Assembly (NCBI GenBank): GCA_963849405.1 | Contig: CAWKHG010000004.1 | Span: forward strand, 37,094 to 101,093 | Origin: an uncultured Chloroflexia bacterium | Lineage (GTDB): Bacteria > Chloroflexota > Limnocylindria > Limnocylindrales > CSP1-4 | Length of the DNA: 64,000 nt | Reading direction: 5' to 3' | In this document: positions 20,755 to 30,613 of the stretch, one piece after another | Position numbering within the stretch: the stretch's first letter is position 1 | How the letters are laid out: each line of letters starts with the position of its first letter | Program-made: the position numbers and the translations under genes | The notes under the pieces: model-generated | The model's database searches: none | Told to the model about the DNA's origin: nothing | What the model saw: only the letters and a program-made list of their open reading frames with translations

Positions 20755-20797
20755 CCGCCGGCGGCCTCGCGGGGCACGTTCGGAGGGTCCCGGACGC

Positions 20798-20826
20798 TGG
20801 ACAGGGGGCCCGATCCGCCGTAGAGT
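20798..20826 (+). promoter_or_regulatory. Sigma-70-type promoter TGGACA-N17-TAGAGT
   Basis: Near-consensus hexamers with 17-nt spacer, 9 nt before GTG 20836. Confidence 0.55.
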
Positions 20827-20835
20827 TGCCGCTCC

Positions 20836-21393
20836 GTGCGACCCCGCAATCTGGTCGCGGGCACGGCGCTTACCGCCGCCCTCGCCCTGGTCGCGCTGCC
20901 GGGCTTCGTCGACTCGCGGGTACCGAGTCGAGATTGGCCGATCGATGCAGCCGCGTTCCAGCAAGTTACGACAGCGTCCGATGGTCGATCGTCCCTGACG
21001 ATCGGCCCCCTCGACGACGCCCAGCGCTCGGCCGATGCGCTCACGGTCGAGAGCCGTCTCATCGAGCCCGGAACCGGCGCCAAGATCCCTGTCAGCAAGC
21101 CCCGGTTCAGCGTGCCCAGCTCCTCGGTGGACTACGACATCAAGCCGCCGCGTTACAAGCTGACCGGCACCGCCACGTTCTACGACAACGGCACGACCGC
21201 CATGCGCCTGCCGCGGGGCACGATCATCCGGGTCTGCGGGCCGACCGGCACGTGCATCGACCGGGTGGTCAACGACTACGGGCCGGTCGCCGGCACGAAT
21301 CGCATCATCGACCTGTACCGGCCGGACTTCTTCAAGGTCTGCGGCTGCCCGTCGTGGTCGGGGCTCGTGAAGGTGACCGTCTCGGTCTACTGA
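20836..21393 (+). CDS. Secreted RlpA-like double-psi beta-barrel protein
   Basis: Signal peptide; GTATFY...LPRGTIIRVC...VNDYGP...RIIDL...F...GLVKVTV. Confidence 0.75.
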   Translation: MRPRNLVAGTALTAALALVALPGFVDSRVPSRDWPIDAAAFQQVTTASDGRSSLTIGPLDDAQRSADALTVESRLIEPGTGAKIPVSKPRFSVPSSSVDYDIKPPRYKLTGTATFYDNGTTAMRLPRGTIIRVCGPTGTCIDRVVNDYGPVAGTNRIIDLYRPDFFKVCGCPSWSGLVKVTVSVY

Positions 21394-21462
21394 CGCGCTC
21401 GCGCCGACGTTCCCGAACCGCGACGGGACGAGGGGCGCAGGGGCGCGGTATCCTTCGGCCGA

Positions 21463-21496
21463 CCCTTTAACGACCGGTTCCGCGAGGCCGGGAAGG
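21463..21496 (+). promoter_or_regulatory. PyrR-binding RNA stem-loop in the pyr leader
   Basis: CCTTTAA cgac CGG TTCCGCGAGG CCGG GAAGG matches the PyrR binding-loop pattern (CUUUAA...UCCNGNGAGG...AAGG) upstream of pyrR; TATCCT -10 just upstream. Confidence 0.8.
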
Positions 21497-21596
21497 AGGA
21501 GCCAGAGCGTGCGACGCACCGCTCCGCGCATGGACTCGAGCGCTCGGCGGCGCACGATCTGGGCGCCGGTGGCGCCCCGATGACGGCGGCGTCCCG

Positions 21597-22160
21597 ATGA
21601 CCGGCCGCCGCATCATGACCGCGGACGAGATCCGCCGGGCGGTGGTGCGCATCTCCCACGAGCTCGTCGAGAAGCACGGCGGCACGGACGGCCTCGCCCT
21701 CGTCGGCATCCAGCGGCGCGGCGTGCCACTTGCAAGGCGCATCGGCGACGCGGTCTTCGAGCACGAAGGTGTCCGCCTCCCGGTCGGGGCGCTCGACATC
21801 ACGTTCTACCGGGACGACCTCTCGCTCGTCGCCGCCCAGCCGGTCGTCAAGGGCACGGACCTGCCGTTCGACCTCAACGACACGACGGTCGTGCTCGTCG
21901 ACGACGTCCTGTACACGGGCCGGACGATCCGGGCCGCGATGGATGCCCTCGTCGACTTCGGCCGCCCGCGCGCGATCCGCCTGGCGGTGCTCGTCGACCG
22001 CGGCCATCGCGAGCTCCCGATCCGTGCCGACCACGTCGGCAAGAACGTGCCCACGAGCCGCGAGGAGGTCGTCCGCGTCCACCTCGAGGAGACCGACGGC
22101 GAGGACGACGTCGAGATCGAGCGCACGGCGGAGGCTCCGGTCGCCGAGGCGGTCGGGTGA
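21597..22160 (+). CDS. pyrR: Pyrimidine regulatory protein / uracil phosphoribosyltransferase
   Basis: [12 protein letters not shown]; LDITFYRDD; [17 protein letters not shown]; [12 protein letters not shown]. Confidence 0.96.
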   Translation: MTGRRIMTADEIRRAVVRISHELVEKHGGTDGLALVGIQRRGVPLARRIGDAVFEHEGVRLPVGALDITFYRDDLSLVAAQPVVKGTDLPFDLNDTTVVLVDDVLYTGRTIRAAMDALVDFGRPRAIRLAVLVDRGHRELPIRADHVGKNVPTSREEVVRVHLEETDGEDDVEIERTAEAPVAEAVG

Positions 22161-23271
22161 GCCTGGGCCTCGAGCCACCGGCCGAGGCGGCCGCCGGGAC
22201 CGGCGGCCTGAACCCCCCATCGTTCGATCGACCACCCTCCTTCGACAGGCCGGCGCCGGCGGGGATCTGGCGCCACCGCCACCTGCTCGACGTCGACGTC
22301 CTCTCGTGGCCCGACATCGAGCTCGTGATGCGCACGACCGACGCGATGCGCGAGGTCCTTTCCCGGCCGATCGCCAAGGTCCCGGCGCTGCGTGGGACGA
22401 ACGTGACGATCCTCTTCTACGAGGCGTCCACCCGGACCCGGGTCAGCTTCGAGGTGGCGGCCAAGAACCTCTCGGCCGACGTCGTGAACATCGCGGCCGC
22501 GAGCTCGTCGGTGTCGAAGGGGGAGTCGCTCATCGATACGGTCCGGACGGTCGAGGCGCTGGGGGCGCGGATGCTCGTCATGCGCCACGCGACGTCCGGG
22601 GCGCCGTACCTGGCGGCGGAGCACTTCAGCGGGCACGTGTTGAACGGCGGGGACGGCTGGCACGCCCACCCGACCCAGGCGCTGCTCGACCTGTTCACGC
22701 TGCGGGAGCGGCTGGGGTGCGCTGCGGGTCGGCGGGGTCGTCGGGTTCGTCCGGCGACGGGTTCCTGGCCGGGCGCAAGGTCGTGATCCTCGGCGACGTG
22801 CTCCACTCGCGCGTCGCCCGCTCGAACATCTGGACCCTCACGGCGGCCGGGGCCGACCTCTGGCTGTGCGGACCGGCCACGCTCCTGCGCGGCTTCGAGG
22901 CGTGGGGCCGTCATGGCGCGGGTGGCGAGGCGGGCCGGCGGTTCACCGTGACCTCCGACGTGGACGCGGCCTTGCGCGACGCCGATGTCGTGATGGCCCT
23001 GCGCATCCAGAAGGAGCGGATGGAGGGCGGCCTGCTGCCCTCGATGCGCGAGTACGCGGCGAGATTCGGTCTCAATGACGCCCGCTTGGGTCGGGCCAAG
23101 CCGGACGTGCTCGTGATGCACCCGGGGCCGATGAACGAGGGCGTCGAGATCTCCGCCGATGTGGCGGCCGGCGCCCATTCGCTCATCACCGACCAGGTGA
23201 CGAACGGGGTCGCGGTGCGGATGGCCCTGCTCTACCTGCTCGCGGGCGCCCCGGAGGCCGTGGGTGGCTGA
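22157..23271 (+). CDS. pyrB: Aspartate carbamoyltransferase catalytic subunit (frameshifted)
   Basis: [13 protein letters not shown]; KGESLIDT; [16 protein letters not shown]; [12 protein letters not shown]; MHPGPMN. Confidence 0.95.
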
Positions 23272-24722
23272 AGGCGCGGTCGAGATCGCCCGACCGGGCT
23301 CGATCGGTGGGGTCGTGGCCGACCTCGAGCTCAGCCGGGCCTGGCTCGTCGACCCGGCGAGCGGCCGGGAGGGACCCGGCGAGATCGTCGTCGAGGACGG
23401 CATCCTGAGCGCGGTCAACTGGCTGGAGGGCGACGAGGGGGCCGGCATCGGCGACCGCGGGGTCATCGTGGCCCCCGGCTTCATCGACCTCCACGCCCAC
23501 CTGCGCGAGCCCGGCAACGAGGACGCCGAAACGGTGGCGTCCGGCCAGGCCGCTGCCGCCCATGGCGGCTTCACCGTGGTCTGCGCGATGCCCAACACGA
23601 CGCCGGCCGCGGACGAGCCGGGCGTGGTGGAGCGCGTTCGAGCCGCGGCGGCCGCGTCCGGGTCGCCCGTCGCGGTGCTGCCGTACGGGGCGGTGAGCGC
23701 AGACCGGGCCGGCGAGACCCTGGCCGCGCTCGGCGAGCTGGCCGACGCCGGGGTCGTCGGCTTCTCGGACGACGGCGCACCGGTCCGATCCGGGACGCTG
23801 CTGCGCCAGGCGCTGCTCTATGCCGGGATGTTCGGGTTGGCCGTCGTGGACCATCCCGAGGACGCCGAGCAGACCGCGGGCGCCGAGGCGTCCGAGGGGT
23901 TCGTCGCGACGGTCCTCGGCCTGCGCGGCTGGCCGCGGTCGGCCGAGGCGTCGGCGGTCGCCCGGGATCTCTCGATCTTCACCGACGTGCTCCGCGACGA
24001 GCCGCGAGCACGGCTCCACCTCACCCACCTCTCGACCGCGGCTTCACTGACCCTCATCCGGGAGGCCAAGGCTGCCGGCGTCCCGGTCACCTGCGACGTC
24101 ACGCCCCATCACCTGGCGCTCACCGACGAATGGCTCGCCGGTGCACGGCGGTATGCCTGGGAGGCACTCCACGACGACGGGCACGCTCGCGATCCGTGGG
24201 CCGACGGGGCGATCGTGGCCGCGCCCTACGACCCGTCGCTCCGCGTCAACCCACCGCTCCGCTCGCCGGAGGATGCCGCGGCCTGCCTGGCGGCGCTGGC
24301 CGACGGGACGGCCGATGCCGTGGCCACCGACCATGCTCCCGCACACGGTCGTGGACAAGGCCGTCGAGTTCGGACTCGCCGCGAACGGGATCAGCGGGAT
24401 CGAGACCGCCCTCGGGCTCCTGCTGTCGGCCGTGGATGCGGGTCGCCTGACGCTCTCTGCCGCACTCGCGGCCCTGACCTCCGGCCCGGCGGCCGTGCTC
24501 GGCCCCCGGCTCGGCGCCCGCGCGGGTCGCGTCGGGCTCGTGGAAGGCGCTCCGGCCGACCTCGTCGTGTTCGACCGCTCCGATCCGTGGTCGGTGGACG
24601 CCGCGTCGCTCGCGTCACGTGGCAAGAACTCGCCGCTCGTCGGCCGCGAGCTGCCCGGTCGCGTCCTCCTGACGCTGGCCGCCGGCCGCCTCGCCTACGA
24701 GGACCCGTCGCTCGCCGATTGA
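23264..24722 (+). CDS. pyrC: Dihydroorotase (frameshifted)
   Basis: PGFIDLHAHLREPG; GGFTVVCAMPNT; CDVTPHHL; RVNPPLR; ATDHAPH; ADLVVFD; SRGKNSP. Confidence 0.94.
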
Positions 24723-25141
24723 GCGTCCGGAGCCGCGGCGGGAGCGTCCGCGGGCAGCGCGTCGGGAACGCTGCCGTCGTGCGACAGGCCCGGCGTCTCG
24801 TCCGGGGAATCGGCTCGAGGCGCGTCGGCTTGATCGGCGGCCCAGCCGACGGTGCGGTCCCAGCCGCCTTTGCGCGTCGTCGCGAGCTGCTGGGTCCACT
24901 CGAACTCGGGCGACGTCTCGAGCCGCTCGACCGACGCGGGATCCGCCTCGCGACCGCAGCGGTAGCAGGTGAGGGGCAGGTCGTCGTCGGCGTTGTTCAC
25001 CGAATGGCAGGCCGGGCACACCCACCAGCTCGGCGGCGGGGCGACGAAGCGCTCGCGGCGGCGGCCGCCGACGGACCAGCCGGCGATGATGCAGAACGTG
25101 ATGAGGATCGCCGCAGCGAGGAAGAGCTCGGTGCCGGTCAC
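24695..25141 (-). CDS. Small membrane-anchored zinc-ribbon protein
   Basis: N-terminal TM, then WVCPACHSVN...CYRCG (RanBP2-like W-x-C-x2-C-x3-N...C-x2-C); GTGA overlap with the upstream gene. Confidence 0.6.
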   Translation of the reverse strand: MTGTELFLAAAILITFCIIAGWSVGGRRRERFVAPPPSWWVCPACHSVNNADDDLPLTCYRCGREADPASVERLETSPEFEWTQQLATTRKGGWDRTVGWAADQADAPRADSPDETPGLSHDGSVPDALPADAPAAAPDAQSASDGSS

Positions 25142-25629
25142 GCCGGGCTGCCGACCGCCAGCTCGCGATCCAGCTCCGCCCAGTCCGGGCCGAAGCGCGC
25201 CTTCATCGTGAACGCGCGGGCCGTCGGACCATTGGCGGCCAGGTGGTCGAGGCGCGCGACGGCCTCCTCGATCGTCGGCCGGACGCCGGCCCGGACCCAC
25301 CACAGCACGAGCGTCGGGCCGTCGAGTGGCACGAACCAGTCCCGCCTGGCCCGCAGGACCTCGACGTGCGTGGAGCGGTACGCGAAGTCGAATAGCGGAT
25401 CGATGCCCGTCCAGACCGTCAGGTTCACGATGACGAGCGGGTCGTCGTACGCCCGCACGCCCGTCGCATCGCTCCCGAGGACATCGGTCAGCCGCCAGAC
25501 GTAGCCCGGGCTTCGCTCGGCGATCCCGTTGATCTCGGCCAGGCGCGTCACGAACCCGTCCATCAGCGGGTCGTCGAGGGGCGCCACGGCGCGCGCGATG
25601 TTGAGCTGGGCGAGCTCCACGCTGCGCAT
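25138..25629 (-). CDS. DUF3291 domain protein
   Basis: LAQLNIAR...PLDDPLM.GF...IN.IAERSPGYVWRL; NLTVW; H.EVLRARRDWF; VLWWV; GPT.RAFT. Confidence 0.85.
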   Translation of the reverse strand: MRSVELAQLNIARAVAPLDDPLMDGFVTRLAEINGIAERSPGYVWRLTDVLGSDATGVRAYDDPLVIVNLTVWTGIDPLFDFAYRSTHVEVLRARRDWFVPLDGPTLVLWWVRAGVRPTIEEAVARLDHLAANGPTARAFTMKARFGPDWAELDRELAVGSPA

Positions 25630-27329
25630 CAGGCGGGCTCCCCTGTCGACGCGGCGGCCGCGATCTCGGTGCCGAGCCGGCGGAGCGTCGCGAGGAGATG
25701 GTCGATGTCGTCCTCCGTCGTGAAGTAGTTCACGATCCCGACCCGCAGGTACGTCCGGCCTCGCAGCACGGTCGTCGTGAGCCAGCCGTCTCCGGATGCC
25801 TCGAGGGCGAGCGCGACGCGATCCTGGTGCTCGTCGAGGGCGCGGAGGGCCGTGGCGCCGAGTGATCCCGAGCCCCGTCGACCCGACGGCACGTGCCGGA
25901 AGCATACGACCGAGAGGGGTGGCTCGGCGGGCAGTGCATCGAAATCGTCGCTCTCGGCGAGCCGTCGCGCGAGGTACCCGGCGATGTCGACGTTCGCCTC
26001 GACGAGGTGCCCCAGGCCGGTCGTACCGAGGTGCTTCCAGCTCATCCAGAGCTTGAGCGCGCGCCAGCGCCGGGTGCCCTCCATCCCGTGCTGGTAGAAG
26101 TTGAGCGGCACCGTCTCGATGTCATCGGCCTCGCGGCCGCCCGTGCCGCCTCCCCGGTAGTACTCGGGGGCGCGATGGAAGGTGTCGGTCAGGTCGTGCC
26201 GCCGGCGCACGAGCAGTGCACCGATGTCGTAGGCCTGGAAGAACCACTTGTGCGGATCGACCGTGATCGAGTCGGCCCGCTCCAGGTCCGCCAGGCGGCC
26301 GGTCAGCCGCGGGGAGAGCTTGACCGCGCCTCCATACGCCGCGTCGACGTGGAACCAGAGGCCCTCGGCCGCGGCGACGTCGGCGAGCTCGCCAAGCGCG
26401 TCGATCGAGCCCGTGTTGGTCGACCCGGCGACCGCGCAGATCGCGAGGGGCTGATGGCCGGCGGCACGGTCCGCGGCGATCTCGGCCGCCACGGCTTCGC
26501 CGCGCAGCCGGAAGTCGTCGCCGGTCGGGATCACCCGCAGGGTGTCCTCGGGGAACCCGAGCTCATCGAGCGCCCGGGCGATCGAGAAGTGGGTCTGGTC
26601 CGACGTGTAGACGCGAACCCCCTCGAGGTCCTTCCCGCGCGGGGCCTTGGCGGCTCCGCTCAGGGACGGAAGGTGGATGTCGCGGGCGATGGCCATCGCC
26701 AGGAAGTTGGCCATCACGCCGCCCGAGGTGAGGATCCCGAACGCGCCGCCGCCCGGCTGGGTGGCGCCGTCGGGTGCGTCGGGCACGGACGGTGGGGTGG
26801 GGTAGCCGACGAGGTCCGTCAGCCAGCGGATGACCTCCTCCTCGACGAACGCGCCCGACGGGCCGGCGTGCCAGACGTCGACGCCCTGCTGGGTGACCTG
26901 GGCGAGCAGCTCGCCGACGACGCTCATCGCCAGCGGCGGCGGGGTGAAGTAGCTCAGCGAGCGCGGGTGATAGGCGTTGAGCTGGTAGGGGGCGAGGCGC
27001 TCGGTGAACTCGCCGAGGACCGCGGCCGACGGGCTGGGATCCGATGGCGCCGGGGCCGGCCCGCGCGATCTGGTGGTTGCCCCCTCCGCGGTCCCGAAGT
27101 AGGTCCGCCGGAGCGCGCCGTACTCCGCGGGCTCGCCCATCGCGCGCCGGAAGGCCTCGCCGTAGATGTAGTCGAGCGCGGTCGCCCAGGCCGCGATCCC
27201 CAGCCGCTCGAGCGCCGGCCGCGACACGGCGCCGTCGCGGATCCCGATGAGCTCGGGCTCGGGGTGCCAGGCGAAACGGGGGTCCGGCTTCGGGCGGGCC
27301 GGCGGGTGGCCGGTGGGCTCGTCGGTCAT
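25629..27329 (-). CDS. Group II PLP-dependent amino acid decarboxylase
   Basis: GILTSGGVMAN; SDQTHFSI; AGSTNTGSID; WFHVDAAYGG; DSITVDPHKW (PLP Lys); RRWRALKLW; SVVCFR. Confidence 0.92.
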   Translation of the reverse strand: MTDEPTGHPPARPKPDPRFAWHPEPELIGIRDGAVSRPALERLGIAAWATALDYIYGEAFRRAMGEPAEYGALRRTYFGTAEGATTRSRGPAPAPSDPSPSAAVLGEFTERLAPYQLNAYHPRSLSYFTPPPLAMSVVGELLAQVTQQGVDVWHAGPSGAFVEEEVIRWLTDLVGYPTPPSVPDAPDGATQPGGGAFGILTSGGVMANFLAMAIARDIHLPSLSGAAKAPRGKDLEGVRVYTSDQTHFSIARALDELGFPEDTLRVIPTGDDFRLRGEAVAAEIAADRAAGHQPLAICAVAGSTNTGSIDALGELADVAAAEGLWFHVDAAYGGAVKLSPRLTGRLADLERADSITVDPHKWFFQAYDIGALLVRRRHDLTDTFHRAPEYYRGGGTGGREADDIETVPLNFYQHGMEGTRRWRALKLWMSWKHLGTTGLGHLVEANVDIAGYLARRLAESDDFDALPAEPPLSVVCFRHVPSGRRGSGSLGATALRALDEHQDRVALALEASGDGWLTTTVLRGRTYLRVGIVNYFTTEDDIDHLLATLRRLGTEIAAAASTGEPA

Positions 27330-27415
27330 TCGCCTCGATGGTAGCGGGCTGGGCCGGTCGAGGCGGGCGGGTCGGCGCGGCGAGTGTCGCAGGGCGCCCC
27401 CGGACGCGCTTAGGT

Positions 27416-27612
27416 CCCGCGATGTCGGCTGCATGGACGCTGTGCCCACCAAGGAGGTCGTTAGTGCTCGCGAAGCGCCCTTTCACCGACCGATCGAGGC
27501 TCGGATCCGGCGGACGCACGCTCGAAACGTGCGTGGACGCCGCGTGGTGCGACCGCTGGCACGGCCGTATGCCTGTCCTTCACGCTCCGGGCGTCCATGC
27601 ACCGAGCGCGGG
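27416..27612. ncRNA. Candidate structured RNA (long rod; 6S-like or miniature inverted-repeat element)
   Basis: Ends pair over ~21 bp (CCCGCG..TCGG.TGCATGGACGC / GCGTCCATGCA.CCGA.CGCGGG) plus nested stems and an apical hairpin ACGCACG/CGTGCGT. Confidence 0.4.
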
Positions 27613-27719
27613 CGGGCATAGGGCGGGTCGCGTCGGCCCCTCCCGCCGGCCCCGGACGCCGGCACGCGCCGCCGCGCCACGGGAACGGGAAACGGCCACC
27701 TCCCGTACCCTGTCTCCTC

Positions 27720-28181
27720 GTGACCCAGCCGACCGACGACGCCGAGCCAGCGCCACCGACGGGCACGCCCGGCGCACCCGGGACGCCGCCGGCGGGCGGG
27801 AAGGGCGTCGCGTACAAGGGCGCGCCGCTCGAGGCGGAGCGCGGCCCCGGCCTCGGCTGCTTCCGGTTCCAGCTCGTCGTGCTCGTGGTCCTGCTCATCC
27901 TGACCCCGCTCGGCGTCAACGCGAACTGGCCGGACTGGCTGACCGCCGCGCTCCTCATCGTCACCCTGGCCCTGCTCCTCGTGGCCGGCCAGACGGTGAT
28001 CTTCCTGCTCCGCCTCATCGCCGCCGATCGCCGCAGCCGGCGCCGGCCGCTGGCCAGCCAGACCCGCACGGTGGGAGAGCTCGAGGACGCCGCTTCCGAC
28101 GGCGCCGCCCGAGCGGACGACACGCTCGATGACGCCGCGAGCGAGGATGGGCGAGGCGGCGACCGCAGCGTGCGACAATAG
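27720..28181 (+). CDS. Hypothetical two-TM membrane protein
   Basis: Two hydrophobic helices followed by a basic then acidic tail; TACCCT -10 just upstream of the GTG. Confidence 0.65.
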   Translation: MTQPTDDAEPAPPTGTPGAPGTPPAGGKGVAYKGAPLEAERGPGLGCFRFQLVVLVVLLILTPLGVNANWPDWLTAALLIVTLALLLVAGQTVIFLLRLIAADRRSRRRPLASQTRTVGELEDAASDGAARADDTLDDAASEDGRGGDRSVRQ

Positions 28182-28223
28182 GCGCCGCCCCGGAACCAGT
28201 TCGACTGCGGAGACCGCCAGCCT

Positions 28224-28550
28224 GTGCCCGTGCTCGCGACCTATTTCAGCGTCCGCCGCGGCCGCGACCCGTTCTTCAAGTTCTTCATGAAGACGATCTT
28301 CCCGCGCCAGGTCCGCGACTACGAGCGCAAGTTCGGCATCCGCTTCATCGGCTGGTACAACGTCGCGCACGGCTGGGACTTCGACAACGTGATCCTGCTC
28401 GACCTGCCGGACTACGGCACGCTGGACCGGCTCGAGGCCGACGAGGGCGTTCGCGCGCTCGGGCACCGGGCGGGGGAGTGGCTCTTCGAACGCCACCACT
28501 CGATGTTCCTTCGAGAGCGGATGGGTGCCGATCTCGAGTACCACGGATGA
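28224..28550 (+). CDS. Hypothetical protein, possible dimeric alpha-beta barrel (NIPSNAP/GYD-like)
   Basis: GC3-biased 108-aa ORF; KFGIRFIGWYNV..GWDFDNVILLDLPDY pattern. Confidence 0.6.
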   Translation: MPVLATYFSVRRGRDPFFKFFMKTIFPRQVRDYERKFGIRFIGWYNVAHGWDFDNVILLDLPDYGTLDRLEADEGVRALGHRAGEWLFERHHSMFLRERMGADLEYHG

Positions 28551-28601
28551 AGTACCGCTCGGTCCAGGGACCGGCGTCGATGGGGACGAAGGAGGCGATG
28601 G

Positions 28602-29516
28602 ATGGCCACGAGCCGCAACGACCTGGGTGAGCTCGCGGCCGATGCCGCCCTCGAACGGACCGATTTCCTCGTCCAGGCGACGGACCAGTTCCAGGCGTTC
28701 ATCAAGCGCAACGAGGAGCGCATCCGCAACGCCGGTGGGCTGACGCTCATCGACGAGGACCCCGACTACCTCGCGATCGCGCCCGACCTGACCTTCCGCA
28801 GCCGCAGCCGGTTCCTCGACGAGGCGACCGGCGAGTGGGTGAGCGAGACCGAGGTCATCGAGACGGCCGCCGAGCTGATCGAGCTCTACAACCCGGCCGA
28901 CCTCTACACGGCGTTCGCCGAGGCTTCCCGAGAGGCTGCCGGCCTGGAGGCCGAGCCGACCGGCGCCAGCGACCTGCTCGAGACCGCCAACGTCCCGGCG
29001 GCGGAGACGTTCACCCTCGACGATCCGTACGTCGGTGCAGCCGATTCCTGGGCCGCCGGGCGCGACGAGACGGCGCCGGCAACGCAGCAGGACGCGGCGC
29101 GTCGCCTGTACGAGCTGGCGCTCGCGTTCCAGGATCGCAGCCAGCGCGCCGAGGCCCGCCTGTTCGAGCAGTTCGAGGCGGAAGCCGAGCTCCTCACGGG
29201 CGTGCTCGGCGACTTCGTCGTGGTGGACGACGAGGACGAGCGCCTGACCCTCGGGCAGGGCGGCTCGTTCCACGGCGAGGTGATCCCGGACGACGAGACC
29301 GGAGAGTGGCGGACCCTCGGTTCGGCCGACGACCTCGTCGAGTTCTACGACCCGACGGACGTGTTCGGCGACCTGGCGGACGCCCTGGCGGAGGCCTTCC
29401 CGGGCATCGCCCCGGAACCGGAGGGCGAGGAAGACGCCGAGGACGCCCCCGACGCGGAGGACACCGCGGACGTGGAGGACGCACCCGACGTCGATCCCGA
29501 CAAGGACGCGAAGTGA
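28602..29516 (+). CDS. Acidic hypothetical protein with internal duplication
   Basis: AGGAGG RBS; two related halves (DEATGEW..AELIELYNPADLY / DDETGEW..DDLVEFYDPTDVF). Confidence 0.8.
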   Translation: MATSRNDLGELAADAALERTDFLVQATDQFQAFIKRNEERIRNAGGLTLIDEDPDYLAIAPDLTFRSRSRFLDEATGEWVSETEVIETAAELIELYNPADLYTAFAEASREAAGLEAEPTGASDLLETANVPAAETFTLDDPYVGAADSWAAGRDETAPATQQDAARRLYELALAFQDRSQRAEARLFEQFEAEAELLTGVLGDFVVVDDEDERLTLGQGGSFHGEVIPDDETGEWRTLGSADDLVEFYDPTDVFGDLADALAEAFPGIAPEPEGEEDAEDAPDAEDTADVEDAPDVDPDKDAK

Positions 29517-29541
29517 GACACGCTCCGAGCCGCGACCGCGG

Positions 29542-30408
29542 GTGAGCATGCGGCTCGTCGCGGCGGAGCTCATCGAGAGTCGCGAGATCCTGCCGGGCCA
29601 GTGGCTCCAGTCGTTCCACGCACCCACGCTCGCGACCGGCGCCCGGGCCGGCCAGTTCGTCCACATCCGGGCCGGTGACTGGTCCGGCCTTGTCCTGCGC
29701 CGGCCGTTCTCGTTCAACACGGTGGACGCGGGGACCGGCACGATCACGATCCACTTCCGGACGGTCGGTCGCGGGACGGAATGGTTCACCCAGCTGCGGG
29801 CCGGCGACACGGTCGACATGCTCGGGCCGCTGGGGCGCCCCTTCGAGGTGGACCAGCGGAGCCGGCACCTGCTGCTCATCGCCGGCGGGCTCGGCATCGC
29901 CGGGGTCCGGATGCTCGCCGACGAGGCGATCCGCGACGGCCGCCAGGTCGTGCTCCTGTTCGGCGGGGCGAGCGCGCGCGAGGTCTACCCGTCGAGCCTG
30001 CTGCCGGACGAGGTCGAGTACATCGTGGCCACCGACGACGGCTCGCTCGGCCACGCGGGCTTCGTGACGGAGCTCGTCCCGACGTACGAGGCCTGGGCCG
30101 ACCAGGCGTTCGCCTGCGGTCCGGCCGGGATGCTCCGGGCGCTGTCGGCTCAGGCCGCCGGCCGCCGGGACCGGCTCGGGGTCGCCAAGCTCGGCCGCAA
30201 GCGCGGCGCGGGCAAGCCGGTCGCGATCGGGTCGCCGGCCGCCCGGCGCAAGGCGTTCCTCCAGGTGTCGATGGAGCAGAACATGGGCTGCGCGGTGGGC
30301 GCCTGCCTCGGCTGCGTCGTGATGGGCGTCGGCGGGACGCCCCAGCGGGTCTGTCGCGAGGGGCCGGTCTTCGCGAGCGACGAGCTCGCCTGGGACGCGG
30401 GCTGGTGA
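29542..30408 (+). CDS. pyrK: Dihydroorotate dehydrogenase electron transfer subunit
   Basis: GQFVHI; LRRPFS; GPLGRPF; IAGGLGIA; ACGP; EQNMGCAVGACLGC...RVCREGPVF. Confidence 0.93.
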   Translation: MSMRLVAAELIESREILPGQWLQSFHAPTLATGARAGQFVHIRAGDWSGLVLRRPFSFNTVDAGTGTITIHFRTVGRGTEWFTQLRAGDTVDMLGPLGRPFEVDQRSRHLLLIAGGLGIAGVRMLADEAIRDGRQVVLLFGGASAREVYPSSLLPDEVEYIVATDDGSLGHAGFVTELVPTYEAWADQAFACGPAGMLRALSAQAAGRRDRLGVAKLGRKRGAGKPVAIGSPAARRKAFLQVSMEQNMGCAVGACLGCVVMGVGGTPQRVCREGPVFASDELAWDAGW

Positions 30409-30613
30409 AGGCAGAAGCGGCGCGTCGTCACCGCCACCGATCGGGTCGCGCCGCGGCCACGGCGGACCGAGACCGTCAGGCGGCCGAAGAGCCCGTTCGT
30501 CGGGACGTCGTCGACGCCGGCGCCCTCTTCCGCTGTCGTCGCGTCGCGCAACGGCGCGTCGGGGGTGGTCGCCGGCCGGCGAGAGCCCCGGCCTCGAGGC
30601 GCGCGCCGGGGCA

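Noticed and set aside
25629-27329. Decarboxylase substituting for the missing pyrF
   Set aside because: It is a PLP group II amino acid decarboxylase; OMP has no amine for PLP chemistry, and the gene is antisense to the pyr genes.
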